A DNA stretch of 64,000 nt from Mobula hypostoma. Taxonomy: Eukaryota. Positions 1 to 12,204 of this stretch are shown piece after piece. Made by a program: the position numbers and the translations under genes. Position 1 is the first letter of the stretch, and every line of letters begins with the position of its first letter. The notes under the pieces are model-generated. The model was given only the letters and a program-made list of their open reading frames with translations. It made no database searches and had not been told where the DNA came from. The stretch spans positions 59,086,001 through 59,150,000 of the forward strand of contig NC_086099.1 of assembly GCF_963921235.1 (NCBI RefSeq), written 5' to 3'.

Positions 1-765
1 GCCTCTACTGCCTTCTGAGGCAGAGCATTCCACAGATCCGCAACTCTCTGGGTGAAAAAGTTTTTCCTCAGCTCCGTTCTAAATGGCCTACCCCTTACTC
101 TCAAATTGTGGCCTCTGGTTCTGGACTCCCCCAACATCGGGAACATGTTTCCTGCCTCGAGCGTGTCCAATCCCTTAATAATCTTATATGCTTCAATCAG
201 ATCCCCTCTCATCCTTCTAAATTCCAGTGTATACAAGCCCAGTCGCTCCAATCTTTCAACATATGACAGTCCCGCCATCCCGGGAATTAACCTCGTGAAT
301 CTACGCTGCACTCCCTCAATAGCAAGAATGTCCTTCCTCAAATTTAATACTCCAGGTGTGGTCTCACCAGGGCCCAGTACAACTGCAGAAGGACCAATTT
401 GCTCTTATACTCAACTCCCCTTGTTATGAAGACCAACATGCCATTAGTTTTCTTCACTGCCTGCTGTACCTGCATACTTACTTTCAGTGACTGATGAACA
501 AGGACACCTAGATTTCATTGTACTTCCCCTTTTCCTAACTTGACACTATTCAAATAGTAATCTGCCTTCCTGTTCTTGCCACCAAAGTGGTAACCTCACA
601 ATTATCCACATTAAACTGCATCTGCCATGCATCTGCCCATTCACCCAACCTGTCCAAGTCATCCTGCATTATCACAACATCCTCCGCACATTTCACACTG
701 CCACCCACCCAGCTTTGTGTCATCTGCAAATTTGCTAATGTTACTTTTAATCCCTTCATCTAAAT
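1..765 (-). mobile_element. CR1 LINE, 3' RT fragment
   Basis: Minus strand encodes KFADD...DLDRLGEWADAWQMQFNV and the RRFTRLIPG motif typical of the CR1 ORF2 C-terminus. Confidence 0.85.
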
Positions 766-2126
766 TATTAGAAACCAAAGCACCCAGAGTAAACCCACGT
801 AGTCAGACAGAGAAGATGTAATCAACACAAAAAAGACACGCAAGGTCAGGACTGTTGCTGGAGGTCTGAGGTAGCAGAGACAACTGTTGTTCCGCTATTC
901 CATCCTTGCACATCTTGAACATAGCCTCTACCGTAATAAGCAGGAGAGTGGGTAGTTTGCACTCCTCTTCTATTTATGCTGAGCTGTTGCATGCTCCCAA
1001 TTCTCATATGCCTTTCTGAATGCTCCTTTTCCAATTTGGGCAGTTGGTGGCCAGGGATTTCAAGGAGTGGGTGTGCATGTTGTACACCCCATCCCCTCAA
1101 CCCCGAAGTTTTGAGGACATTCTTGATTTTAAAAAATTTAACCATTAGCTGATCAGTGCAAATGCAGTGGGCTAAGGGTCAGTTTCCATGCTGTATAACA
1201 AATGAGTCTCAACTCCTTTCATGATATCGAATATCTTTCTACCTTAAAGCAATCGGATATTGTCTACAAACCATCAAAACTGTAATAGTAACAAGGTTAC
1301 TCCTATTCCTATAAAGTACAATTTGTACTTCCATGAAAACAGCATTCAACAGAGTTCTGTTACTCTGTACAAATGAACAGACTGCTGGGCCATGCAAGTT
1401 CCTGATGGGCACAGAAATCAGAATATCTACTTGCTCTGTGGTCTAAAATTGTGTATGGGCCCAGTTTAGCAAATAAATACCCCCAAAACCAGCATTAGAC
1501 ATGGATTTAATTCCAGACTCAAGATGCAAAACGCAATTCTTCAAGAGAAAAAAAATGCGGCCTTGGATAGCATTCTTGAAACAGAGGGGATGCAGTTGCT
1601 CATTCTCTATAGTGACCTGCAGTAAACATCTACTTGCTAGATATACACAATAGCTTCCTCAGCATCTGAAAAGGAAGGTTAAAATTTCAGGTCATATAAT
1701 ACTAAGTAAAAGGAGAATGCAGGAAAACCTTTTTTTAAAAAACAGCCAAAACATAAACAAGAAAAAAAATAGATATATAATTCTTTAAGGATTTTTAATA
1801 AAGATCATCTTGCAGGGTCTTAATAATTAATTCCCAAAAATCCAGTGTGCTTATATTCTTAGCAGAGGAAAATGGTCAGTATCATTTGAACAAAGGAAAT
1901 TAGGATTATTTTGGAGTCCTAATACAATGGTGTAGTCTCAAAAAGAATTATTTATGTTATTGGATATTAGATCTCTAATACTTGTGAACACTTCTAATGA
2001 CATCTATACATATAAAATCATAAAGCTTCTTTTTACACCCAGAAGAGCGGAGGTTCTACCAATTGTGTGCGAAATGCTTTGGTATGCGCTGAAGTTATAA
2101 AACGCAAATTTTAAAAGATAACAAGT

Positions 2127-2303
2127 AACACACACAAAATGTTGGAGGAACTCAGCAGGTCAGGCAGTTCTATGGAAAAGAGTATGGTCCCGGCCCAAAA
2201 TGTTGACTGTACTCTTTTCCATAGATGCTGCCTGGCCTGTTGAGTTCCTCCAGCATTTTGTGTGTGTTGTTTGGATTCCAGCATCTGCAAATTTTCTCTT
2301 GTT
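2127..2303. repeat. Penelope-derived terminal repeat, inverted pair
   Basis: Arms 2127-2184 and 2210-2268 are near reverse complements of the ACACAAAATGCTGGAGGAACTCAGC family. Confidence 0.8.
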
Positions 2304-2409
2304 TTTAAAAGGTAACAACCAATTTCTTTACTTGAACTCTTTATTAATAAAGTTGAACATCAATTATAGATACACACCAGGACGACAAAAATAAGTAAAC
2401 ATCACCAAC

Positions 2410-2430
2410 CTTCTGTAACCTTAGGAAGTT
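2410..2430 (-). CDS. EXOC1: EXOC1 21-nt alternative microexon (ELPKVTE)
   Basis: Minus strand ...ctctttctctattctttctctgcaaag|AACTTCCTAAGGTTACAGAAG|gttggt. Symmetric phase 1-1, frame-preserving; gives ...SQLLE-ELPKVTE-E..., a peptide I recall from longer vertebrate EXOC1 isoforms. Confidence 0.88.
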
Positions 2431-3126
2431 CTTTGCAGAGAAAGAATAGAGAAAGAGGATTAAAGGAAGATAAGCAAAGAAACATCATAGCAACAGGTAG
2501 CAATACAGATTAAAAAAGGCAGCATTTTACAATGAATTCCCAAGACTGCCGCCAGGCTTGCCAAATCCACCATTACAATGTGCTTTCAAGAAACGGCAGT
2601 GCAACAGAAATATTTTCCAAAGATGTAAAAGATAGAAATCAAAAAATGTGTTTGCAGAAGTAAAAATGCTAGCCACTAAAATATTCATCCACAAAAAGGT
2701 TGAATTTATCTTAGACTGACCACACTGCATTCTATAAATTTGAGGCCAAGATGAAATACACAAAGTAATATGGTGAAAAAACAAAACGTGACCTTGATGG
2801 GAAGCAATCATTAGCATACAAATGACTATATTCCAATATTACAATAAGCCTGCAAAGAAAGCTCAAAAATTTAATTGCATTCAGCATTGTTGATTACATA
2901 AATGTTTTGACTTAATTTTCATAAGGGCCATTTAAATACCGAGCAAAAAAGATAATAGGAGTTGAAAAGATAGATGGAACAGACTGAGCTGTGTTATGAA
3001 GAAACTGAAAGAAAAAAAATTAATGTCAGGCAAGCTGTCACATAACAGGAGGAGGACAATTAGATCATGTGAAGACTGTCATTTCTACTAAAATGAAATG
3101 TTTATCATCATCACACTGAGACTCAC

Positions 3127-3286
3127 CTTCCAGTAACTGTGAACTAACATTGACAAACTCGATCTTCTTTCTAAGATATCGCTGATTAAGTTTCCAAATA
3201 CAACAAATGAAAGCATTTTTCTCTGCTGTGCTGCTAGCAAGCCACTTGTACACTTTATCAAAGTGCAAATCAAACTCTGGATTCTC
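3127..3286 (-). CDS. EXOC1: EXOC1 third coding exon (160 nt)
   Basis: ctcgcag acceptor; [53 protein letters not shown]+G; g|gtgagt donor. Confidence 0.97.
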
Positions 3287-3356
3287 CTGCGAGCATAGAT
3301 AATACAAATTCGTTTAGTTCAAGTATTTGATTTTAGAAAAAAAAATTAGTATGATG

Positions 3357-3490
3357 ACAAACACAAGAAAATCTGTTGGAGATCCAAAGAAAGACACATA
3401 AAATGCTGGAGGAACTCAGCAGGCCAGGCAATATCTATTGAAGTAAACAAATAGTCTACATTTCAGGCCAAGATCCTTCTTCAGGACTGG
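3357..3490 (-). mobile_element. Penelope-derived terminal repeat copy
   Basis: Same family as the 3' end of the Penelope element at 39.4 kb. Confidence 0.75.
3453..3488 (-). ncRNA. Minimal type I hammerhead ribozyme motif (Penelope-associated)
   Basis: Minus strand AGTC-CTGAAGA-AGG(ATCTTGG)CCT-GAAA-T-GTA-GACT: stem I AGTC/GACT, CUGANGA and GAAA core, 3-bp stem II, loopless stem III, GUA cleavage triplet. Confidence 0.65.
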
Positions 3491-5164
3491 TATGATGAAG
3501 CAGTTCACCATGAACATCAAAATATACAGAGTATGGAACCTAACAGTATTCTCAAAGTGATAACACCCATATAGTCAAAATATTAAAATCAGAATTTCTA
3601 ATTGAACCTCAGTGTGGGAATCTGGACCAACAAGTGGTAAGTGAGCATGGCAGATATCACAAGGTAAACCAGATGCAGAACCTCTGAATAGCCAGACAGC
3701 AAATTACTGGTGTTTTACTGTATATTCTTCAATCACAAAGAATAACTATTTCTGCCATGTTTCTCAATTTCTCCACCCACCAGTGAAAGTATATTCAAAT
3801 TATTTTTTTCACATCCTGATCTAACTTCTTCAAGTCCTTCCCATTTTCCACTCTCCATAAGCATAACTCAACCAAAGCACCCTTTCCCATACAGGTCCTG
3901 CTCGAGTCTTCACTGAACTACACTTAAATATTGGGAGGCGAGATGTGAAATTCTTATTCTCAAAAGGTTCTGCTCTCCAGTCTTATCTCCCATTGTCCAT
4001 TGCTTTAACTTTTCCTTCCATTCCCTCACCCAAACTCAAAATTTGTTCATACTATACTCTTGTGCATTCCTTGCCTGCCATGTTGATTTTTCTTCCCTAA
4101 CCTCTGAGTTCTTTACAGCCTTTAGTATTTTTAGCTTGCAGTAACAAAATGAATTTATAGCTACTAAAACCATCTTAAACTCTGCAAGAAACATAACTTA
4201 TTGCATGTCTGGAAATCTCTAATTCCTAACTCCTTCTCTCCCATTTACACATTTTTATGTCACAATGTGCTGTGTTGAGACTTCTTAGGAGTGCAACTGT
4301 CGCATTATAGCAGAATTCCCTGTAATGTCTTCATGAACTTTCTCTGATATTGGATTCATCTTTCACCTGGGATATTTTTCATGTATTAAATCTACTGTAT
4401 TCATGTAAATTGTTATTCATGGTTATAGAGTTGTCAACATCAATTAAACATCAGAAGTGATATTCTTCTTTAATTCTTATCATTATTTAGAACACAGGGA
4501 AACTATTCCAAATTTTCAGAGCCAAACTCATCTGCTTTCTGAAAAAGAAGTGATGCTGAGAGGCAACGAGAAACACTTAGCAAGATCTGAATCTGTGTTT
4601 CTGTCTGATCAACTTTGAGCTGTGGCAATGGCTGCATTTCAGCTCTAAAGGCCAGCCTAATAAGAGTTAACAATTGCTAAGTTAGAAGAACTAAAATATT
4701 TTGGTTCCATGAATTCTAGCAACATAAACACTAAAAAAAAACACAAAAGTTCTGGATTGCTCTTTTAGGAGATGGTTTCCAACTTTCAGCCCAATAGGCA
4801 GTAAGAAATCCTGCAAAGCAGTATACTTTCAGTTCTGGATGTTTGCTTCTCCGGTGGAAATTTTTCATTCCAACTAGCCATTCGTGCACTTGCTTAAGTA
4901 TTATTTTGACCATGAAAGGCACCCCCTTAAATGTAATATAAAATCAGAAAAACAAGATTTCTACGAACTTTTCAGATTACTCATCCAATTACTTTGGGGT
5001 ACTGACTCACCTTGAAGAATGTACAATTTGGTAGAGATCGATGGAACAGAGTGAATAAAGGCTAATATCCTCTACAAGCGGGTTTTCATTTCTTAAAATA
5101 AAAGCTTTTGGTGGGGAGTGGCAAGGATGTACAGCTGCTTTACATGAGAATATAAGGAAGTACT

Positions 5165-8100
5165 CCTGTGTGCATACATCTATTGATGCTTCTGGACACA
5201 TCTTCAGTGATGTTCCTGGAATCATGGGTGGCTTCGGGACTTTCAACATCATACAACCTCCTCCAGGTGACCCAGCCGGGGCTGATCAGACCCCAGCTTG
5301 TGTCCAGATGGCTAGCTACTTATGACTCCATGGCTCCCCTCTTTGAGCCACAGCCATCTTGAGGTCCTCTCTGCCGCATCGGTGGTACTGCGGATGGCTC
5401 TCCTCTTCCTCTCTCCCTCGATGCCCAAAATTCTGAAGGCTCTAACTAAAGAATGGGCTATGAATTCCCTACCACCAACCTCCACTGGGAGACACCTCGC
5501 TCTCCGTCCAGCCTGCTGGCAGTTGCTGACCAGTCCTGCGTACTTGCAGAGCTTCCCTTCAAAGGCCTCTTCCAAGCTATTTTCCCATGGGACTGTCAGC
5601 TCCAGCAGCACCACTTGCTTAGTCAACTCAGACACTAGGACAATATCTGATCGCAGGGTGGTGGCTGCGATATGGTTGGGGAACTTCAGCTGCCGTTCAA
5701 GGTCCACCAACAGCTGCCAATCCCTTGCAGAGGTCAGAATGCCTGCAGATGTTCTTATGGCAGGTATTGGCTGCTCCCCAGCTCTGACAAAGGCAATGGT
5801 CTGCTTGGAGGGTCGGGACCGCTTCGCCCACTCAACTCCTGCGCTGACGGCTTCAGCGATGGTCTTTAGGACCTGATCATGCCTCCATTGGTACCATCCC
5901 TCACCAAGTGCCCTTGCGCAGCTGCTGAGGATGTGCTCCAGGGTTCCTCGCTTGGAGCACAGTGGGCACACAGATGACTCAGCCTTGCCCCATGTGTACA
6001 GGTTTGATGGGCTTGGAAGCACATCGTACACTGCCTGGATGAGGAATTGGATGCGGTGTGGTTCGGCTTTCCAAAGCTCAGCCCAGGTCACCTTCCTCTC
6101 AACCGCATTCTCCCATCTTGTCCAAGCTCCCTGTTGCTTCATTCCCACCGCCTTGCAGGCTCTCATCTCCTCCACTACTGCTCTCACCTCCTCCTGAACT
6201 AGACAACGCCTTTCCTTCCCTCTGGTGTCCATTTGGGGAGTTGGAAAGGATCCTAGCCCAGCTCGGCCTCGTGTGACCACTCCCACCAGCCTCCTGTGAC
6301 GCAGCCTCGCCTCTCCCTCCTGAACAGCTTCCTCTGCCCTCCACTTCCTGCCAGTACTTACTTGTATCCCTGCTCTAGCCACCTTCGGGTCACTTGAGTC
6401 CCTATACTGTAGCACTTCTCTGGCTCTTGTTACCTTGAATTCTTCCTCCAAGGATTTGAACAGCAGTTGCAGTTTGTTGTGGTGTCCATAGAGTGCGATG
6501 CTGCTCAGACTCTTTGGCAGCCCCAGCCATCTCCTGAGGTGGTTGCTAACCCTCCTCTCTAAGGTTTCGACTGTCGAGATCGGGACTGCATAGACGAGGA
6601 GGGGCCACAGGATTCTGGGAAGAATGCCATGCTGATACACCCAGGCTTTAAACTTCCCAGGTAGGCCAGACTTGTCCACAGATTTCAGCCAGCTATCCAA
6701 CTCGGTGCAGGTTGCCTGAATGGTTGTTGTGTCCCTTAAAGAGCTGTCAAAAACTGCCTAAGCTCTTGACTGGCTTTTCTGTGATGGTTGGGATGGCTGT
6801 GCCTGCGATGCTGAACCAGAACTTGTTCTCCACCTTCCCTTTCCTCAGCACCATCAATCTTGATTTGGCAGGTTTGAAACGCATCCGGGCCCACTCCACC
6901 AGCTTTTCGAGCCCTTGCAGAATCCTCTGGCAGCCTGGGACTGATTCTGTGGTGACTGTGAGGTCATCCATGAATGCCCTGATAGGTGGTTGCCATTGAG
7001 CGGAATTCATTCTGGGCCCTCTGCACTCTGGTTCAACAGACTTAATGAGCATGTTCATAGCTAGGGAGAACAGTGTCACTGAGATAGTGCACCCTGTGAT
7101 GATGCCGACCTCCACCTTGTGCCAGGTTGATGTGATTGCTCCTGAAGAGACCCTCAACCTGAAGTTGCTGTAATAATCAGCGATAAGGTCTCCGATTCTG
7201 CTGGGGACGTGATATTTGGTCAGTGTGAGCTGCACCAGCTTGTGTGGAATGGAGCCATATGCATTTGCCAGGTCGAGCCACAACACTGACAGGTTGCCCT
7301 TGTTCTCTCTGGCCTCCCTGATGAGCTGTGTCACCACACCGATGTGCTCCAGACAGCCCGGCATCCCTGAAATGCCACCCTTCTGGACTGATGTATCAAT
7401 ATAGGTGTTCTTTGCTAGGTAGGTGCACAGCCGGTTAGAAACTGCACTGAAGAAGATCTTCGCCTCGACACAGAGCAGGGAGATGATGCGAAAGTGATCT
7501 ATCTGGGTGACATTTTCCTCCTTCGGGATCCACACCCCTTCAGCCACTCTCCACTGTTCTGGGATCTTCCCCCTTCTCCAGAAGATTCTCAGGATCTTCC
7601 ACAGACGCAGCAGGAGTTTGGGGCAGTTCTTGTACACTTTGTACGAGGTGTTGCTTGGTCCTGGAGCCGAGCTTGCCCTTGCTTTGCGGACGACCTCTCT
7701 GACTTCCTTTAGTTGCAGCTCTGACATGTCGAACTGCATATCCGGTTCAGGTGGGTCTATTAGGATGTCGCACTTTCCCAACTCCTGCTCTTTTTCAGGA
7801 TCATTATATATCTTCTTCAGATGCTGGTCCATGTCCTCCTGCGAACAGGCCAGTTTCCCACTGCGCTTCTCCCCCAGCAACTCCTTGGTGAACTTGAAGG
7901 GGTTGGCGATAAAGGCAGCACATTTTCAGGCCCTTTCACAACGCCGCCTCCGATGCCCAGCGGAGGACCCTGATCTTCTTTCATAGTATGCACATCAGCT
8001 GGGCCAAGCCAATGCACTGCTCTTCTCCTGCCTCCTTGTATTGGGACTTCAGCGCTTTCATCTCCTGCCTGATGTTGTGGATCCTCAATGCTCTTTGGTT

Positions 8101-8640
8101 CTTCGAGTAAGATGTCTTGGAGCCTTCCTTCTCCTCTTCTCCGAACCTGAACAATAACTGACAATAATTGTTGACATGGCTTGCAGCTTCCTATCAACCC
8201 CTCCCTTCGCCGTTGCCTCCAGAATTTGGTTAACATCTTCATCAAACTGCTTCCACAGTGAAGTCATGTTAGCTGCAGGCCATTTGATCCGCCTCCTGTT
8301 AGACTTCATGTTAGAGGGATTAGTTTGCAACACTTGGAGGTTCCGGGCACTATGGGGTGACTCCGGGCCTGGCCCCTCCTTCGTCTCACCAGGTTGAACA
8401 CCTGCGCGTTGTGCTGCTCCTGCTCCCGCCAAAAGACTTCATCCTCGCTTGGTGGATCTTCAAGCCATGATCGTTCTTGCAGATTTTGCCACATGCACAC
8501 TGCTTCCTCATCATCGTTTGTTCATTGCCTGGGTCTGATGTTGTTGTGTCCATGCGACTGGGGTGCTCATCCTCCCCCCCTCTCGGGCACCCCCGGGGGT
8601 ATCTTTTCCTTAGATTCTTTGTAGCTTTTGTGGGGGTCCT
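5165..8640 (-). mobile_element. Near full-length Hero-like (R2/NeSL group) non-LTR retrotransposon, frameshifted
   Basis: N-terminal zinc finger CACGKICKNDHGLKIHQ (~8445-8500); RT motifs WLDLANAYGS, GIITGC, AFMDDL; CCHC knuckle CPLC...HILSSC, RHDQVL and restriction-like endonuclease RSDIV...LELTVPWE...KY. Confidence 0.9.
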
Positions 8641-9019
8641 CCAACATTATTCAGATTTCGCTTCTGATCTTCTCTTCCCAATTTTAGTTTTACTTTGGAT
8701 TCTTTTTACCACATTACAATTCTACTTTTACTACAAGGGTCGGTCACAGGGCTATGAACTTCTGTGTTCATCAATGCTGCCACTTCACAATTAATTGACA
8801 GGATGCACACTTTGAAATTGCAATTTGAACTCCAGCCAATCCATGATCCATTACCTTTCCATCAAGCTTTATTTTATAGCAAATGCGAATGCACATTCAG
8901 TAGAACAGAATGAAATTACTTCGCATTGAGTCCACTAATGCACCTTTAACTTCCAATTCACATTTTTAGTGTATTAAGGAAACCCAAAGCAATTTTTGTA
9001 CATTTGGACAGTGAGACAG

Positions 9020-9750
9020 TGGCTACTACAGAGGAGGACAATGTAGTGAGGCGGGTGTGGGGGAGTAAACCAGTAACGTTAATGGCCATGAAACAGAACA
9101 TGCTAACGGAAAGCCGTATCTTATTGATCGTGGACTTCAGGAAGGGGAGGTCAGGCGAACACTTACTAATGCTTATTGAGGGGGGTCAGTGGTGGAAAGA
9201 GTGACTAGCTTCAAGTCCCTGGGCATCAACATTTCAGAGGATTCCTCCAGAACCCAACATATCGAGGCAATCGTAAAGAAGGCACACCAGTGGCTAAACT
9301 TTCTTCGGAGTTTGAGGAGACTTGGTACATCATCAGAGACATGAGCAAATTTCTATACATGTATCATTGAGAGCATTCTAACTGGGTGTATCACCACCTG
9401 GTATGGAGGATCCAATGCAAGAGGCTACAAAGGGTTGTAGACTCATCCATTTCTATCATGGGCACAACCCTACCCATTATCGAGGACATCTTCAAAACAT
9501 GATGCCTCTGGAAGGTGATATCCAACATTAAGGACCTTAAACATCCAGATTGGTATTGGAGTTTGAAGACACACACTTAACATTTTAGGAACAACATCTT
9601 CCCCTCTGAATGGTCCATGAACACTACTTCATTATTCTTCTTTTGCATTATCTAATTTTTATTGTAATTTTTTATGCCTTGCACTGTACTGTCGCCACAA
9701 AACAAATTTCATGACAGATGCCATTGATAATAAACCTGATTCTGATTAAG
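9020..9750 (+). mobile_element. Rex1/Babar-type LINE 3' fragment
   Basis: Degenerate LIVDFRK / FKxLG / KKAHQxLxFLRSLRR segments; ends AATAAACCTGATTCTGAT. Confidence 0.75.
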
Positions 9751-9948
9751 AAAGCAAGTAAACTTGATCAATTATAGTAACAAAAAAACCTCAAGAAATT
9801 CTCCACAATTTAAAAATATTTAGGACTTTCGTTATTAAAAACATAAAACTTGCAATATTCAGAATAATGTCTAATTCCTTATTATTAGTGTAATCAATCT
9901 GACCGAAACATCTAAGTGTCAATGGCCTTTCAGACCTTTTTGTTTTAC

Positions 9949-10079
9949 CTTGTTAGCATCCTTAGCATCGACAACAGCCAAATCTCGCAATGCCCATGCT
10001 GTCTGCCGTTTGTAGAAATCCCCCTTATCTGATTTCTTCACCTTAACAACATTTACTTGAACTGGTCGCTCTGTAGTTA
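9949..10079 (-). CDS. EXOC1: EXOC1 second coding exon (131 nt)
   Basis: tttttgcag acceptor; (V)[43 protein letters not shown]; aag|gtaaaa donor. Phase 1 in, phase 0 out, consistent with its neighbours. Confidence 0.97.
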
Positions 10080-10729
10080 CTGCAAAAACCAAAGTTAATA
10101 AATCAATGAGTGATAGAATAAAGAGGTTGTAAACAAAGTATTATTAACATAATAAAAGGGTTAAAATAGCAATCTTAAAGAATAGTGCAGAATTAATGTT
10201 TATTCAACCCTTTAGACAGATATTGCACAAAATCTCAAAGAGTTCAGTAAGCCTCAATTCATCCACCAATTCCCTAAATTGCTATCTACCTTTTTAATTA
10301 CACTTCCGTACAATCTTTGACACATTTTTCTATGAAAATTATTTCGATCACAATAAAACTTCTCATCTCAGATAGTTAAATTTCATTAGCTATGAGGACT
10401 TGATCCTCATGTTTATGGAAGTCGGTACTGTGTTTTGCACCTTGGCCCCAGAGTAATGCTGTTTCGTTTGTCTGTGTTCATGGGTATGACTGAATGACAT
10501 GTAAACTTGAATCTGAACTTCATATTCATACATTTACACCAAAGGGAATATTATTTTGATCATACCTGTTATGTAAAGGAGAAGCTTCCAATTCATCAAC
10601 TGACAATGGCGAAAAAAAAATCCTGAATAAATTGCATGGACAATTGAAAAGGTAGAAGCAATGCAGAAGGAATAACAGTGTCAGAAGAACTGAAATAACG
10701 TCAAAAAGACAATAAAGATTAGAGGAACT

Positions 10730-11545
10730 CATGACTTATGGGCTAAACATGTGATGAGTCAGTCTACAGGGGTGAGGAAGAGCATTTGGTTCAAGAGTTA
10801 CAACTTCACACTCAATGTCAACAAAACCAAGTAATTAATTGTTGACTTCAAGAAAATGGAAGTTGAATCCTACCTTTCAGTTCTTATTGGTGGGCCAGAG
10901 ATGGAAAGAATTAGCAGCTTTAAATTCTTGGGCATTAACAGCTCAGATGACCTATGCTGGGCCCAGCACAAATATGCAATCACAGAGAATATATGCCAGT
11001 GCCTCTACTTTCTTATAAGCTTAAGGAGATTTGGCATGTCACCAAATACTCTATCAAGCAATCAGATAGACCATTGAAAACATCATCCGGTACAACATCT
11101 GCATGCACAGGATTGTCAGAGGCTGGGGAAAGTACTGGATACAGCCCAGTCATCATTGAAAGTATCTACAGGAGATGTTGTATCAGTGCCAGAATCAATC
11201 ATTAACGACCCCACCACCCAGGTAATACACTCTACTTACTGCGCAAGTACAAAAACCACAAAGTTCAGCAACAGCTACTTGCCAAAGGCCATCAGGTTCT
11301 TGAACTGACCTAGCCAACCCTAATGCTCTCTCAGCAAAGCTCCTGCAGAACACTCCCTGCACTGCCCTGAACTTGCCTCTGTTTCGTTTTTGCCCTAATG
11401 TCTCGCACAATCTTTTTCTTTGCTGTCATGAAAACTTTATGCATAATTTATGTACAGTACAGCAGTTTCGTGCAATGTCTGAATCTTCGTGCCAGTCATG
11501 CTGCTGCAAGTTTTTCATTGTACCTACACCTCAAGACAATAAACT
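10730..11545 (+). mobile_element. Rex1/Babar-type LINE 3' fragment
   Basis: ERISSFKFLGIN...LYFLISLRRFGMS in ORF 10856-11077. Confidence 0.75.
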
Positions 11546-12204
11546 CAAAATTTTGAGAACTACTTTACAGAGATTGGGGCTATTCATGCCAAGAAATTAA
11601 CAGTTAAAAAAAAACAAAGTTCATCTTATTTTCTGGTATGTGATCTGCCAAAAGTGCTGACTATTCAAAATTCCTATCAGCAACTAGAAAAGGTTTTCAT
11701 AGAAAAGTGTATTATATACTAGCATGTGAAGTGAAGTGACAGATTTTCATGGATGTGGATAGTATCTGATGATACAGATAATCATCTGGTGAAATTCTCT
11801 AGCATATAATGCATTTCACTACATCTCAAACGGACAATGTAATGGCAAATAATAGATCAAGAATCCACCGTACAATCAAAATTTTAAATTATGCTGTTCA
11901 AATTATATCACAGCAAAATGTCTAGTGTCAGATATAATTAGACTACAATGCAACTGGATAAATCATAAAACTACTTAAAAATTAACATAATTAAATTGCC
12001 TCTTAACAGGTCAACATCCCAGGGTGTTTTATGGAGAGGATGTAATTCAGGACAGATAATTAGCATTAAGAAAAACAAAAAGAGGCAATACACAGCAATG
12101 AAATGCTGAAACAGCATAATGACAAAGAATAGAACAGACCTACAAGTGGAAATGTTATGGTTTAGAAGAGTGGAGGAGGAATTTGTAAACAAACTCTATC
12201 CCTG

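Noticed and set aside
1-2400. Next EXOC1 exon (expected ESVPSGENQ...)
   Set aside because: No matching minus-strand sequence found; it presumably lies beyond the left edge.
5200-5300. Hammerhead-like words (TGATG...GAAA, CTGAAGA) in the Hero 3' UTR
   Set aside because: Could not assemble CUGANGA, stem II, GAAA and NUH in the right order with paired stems.
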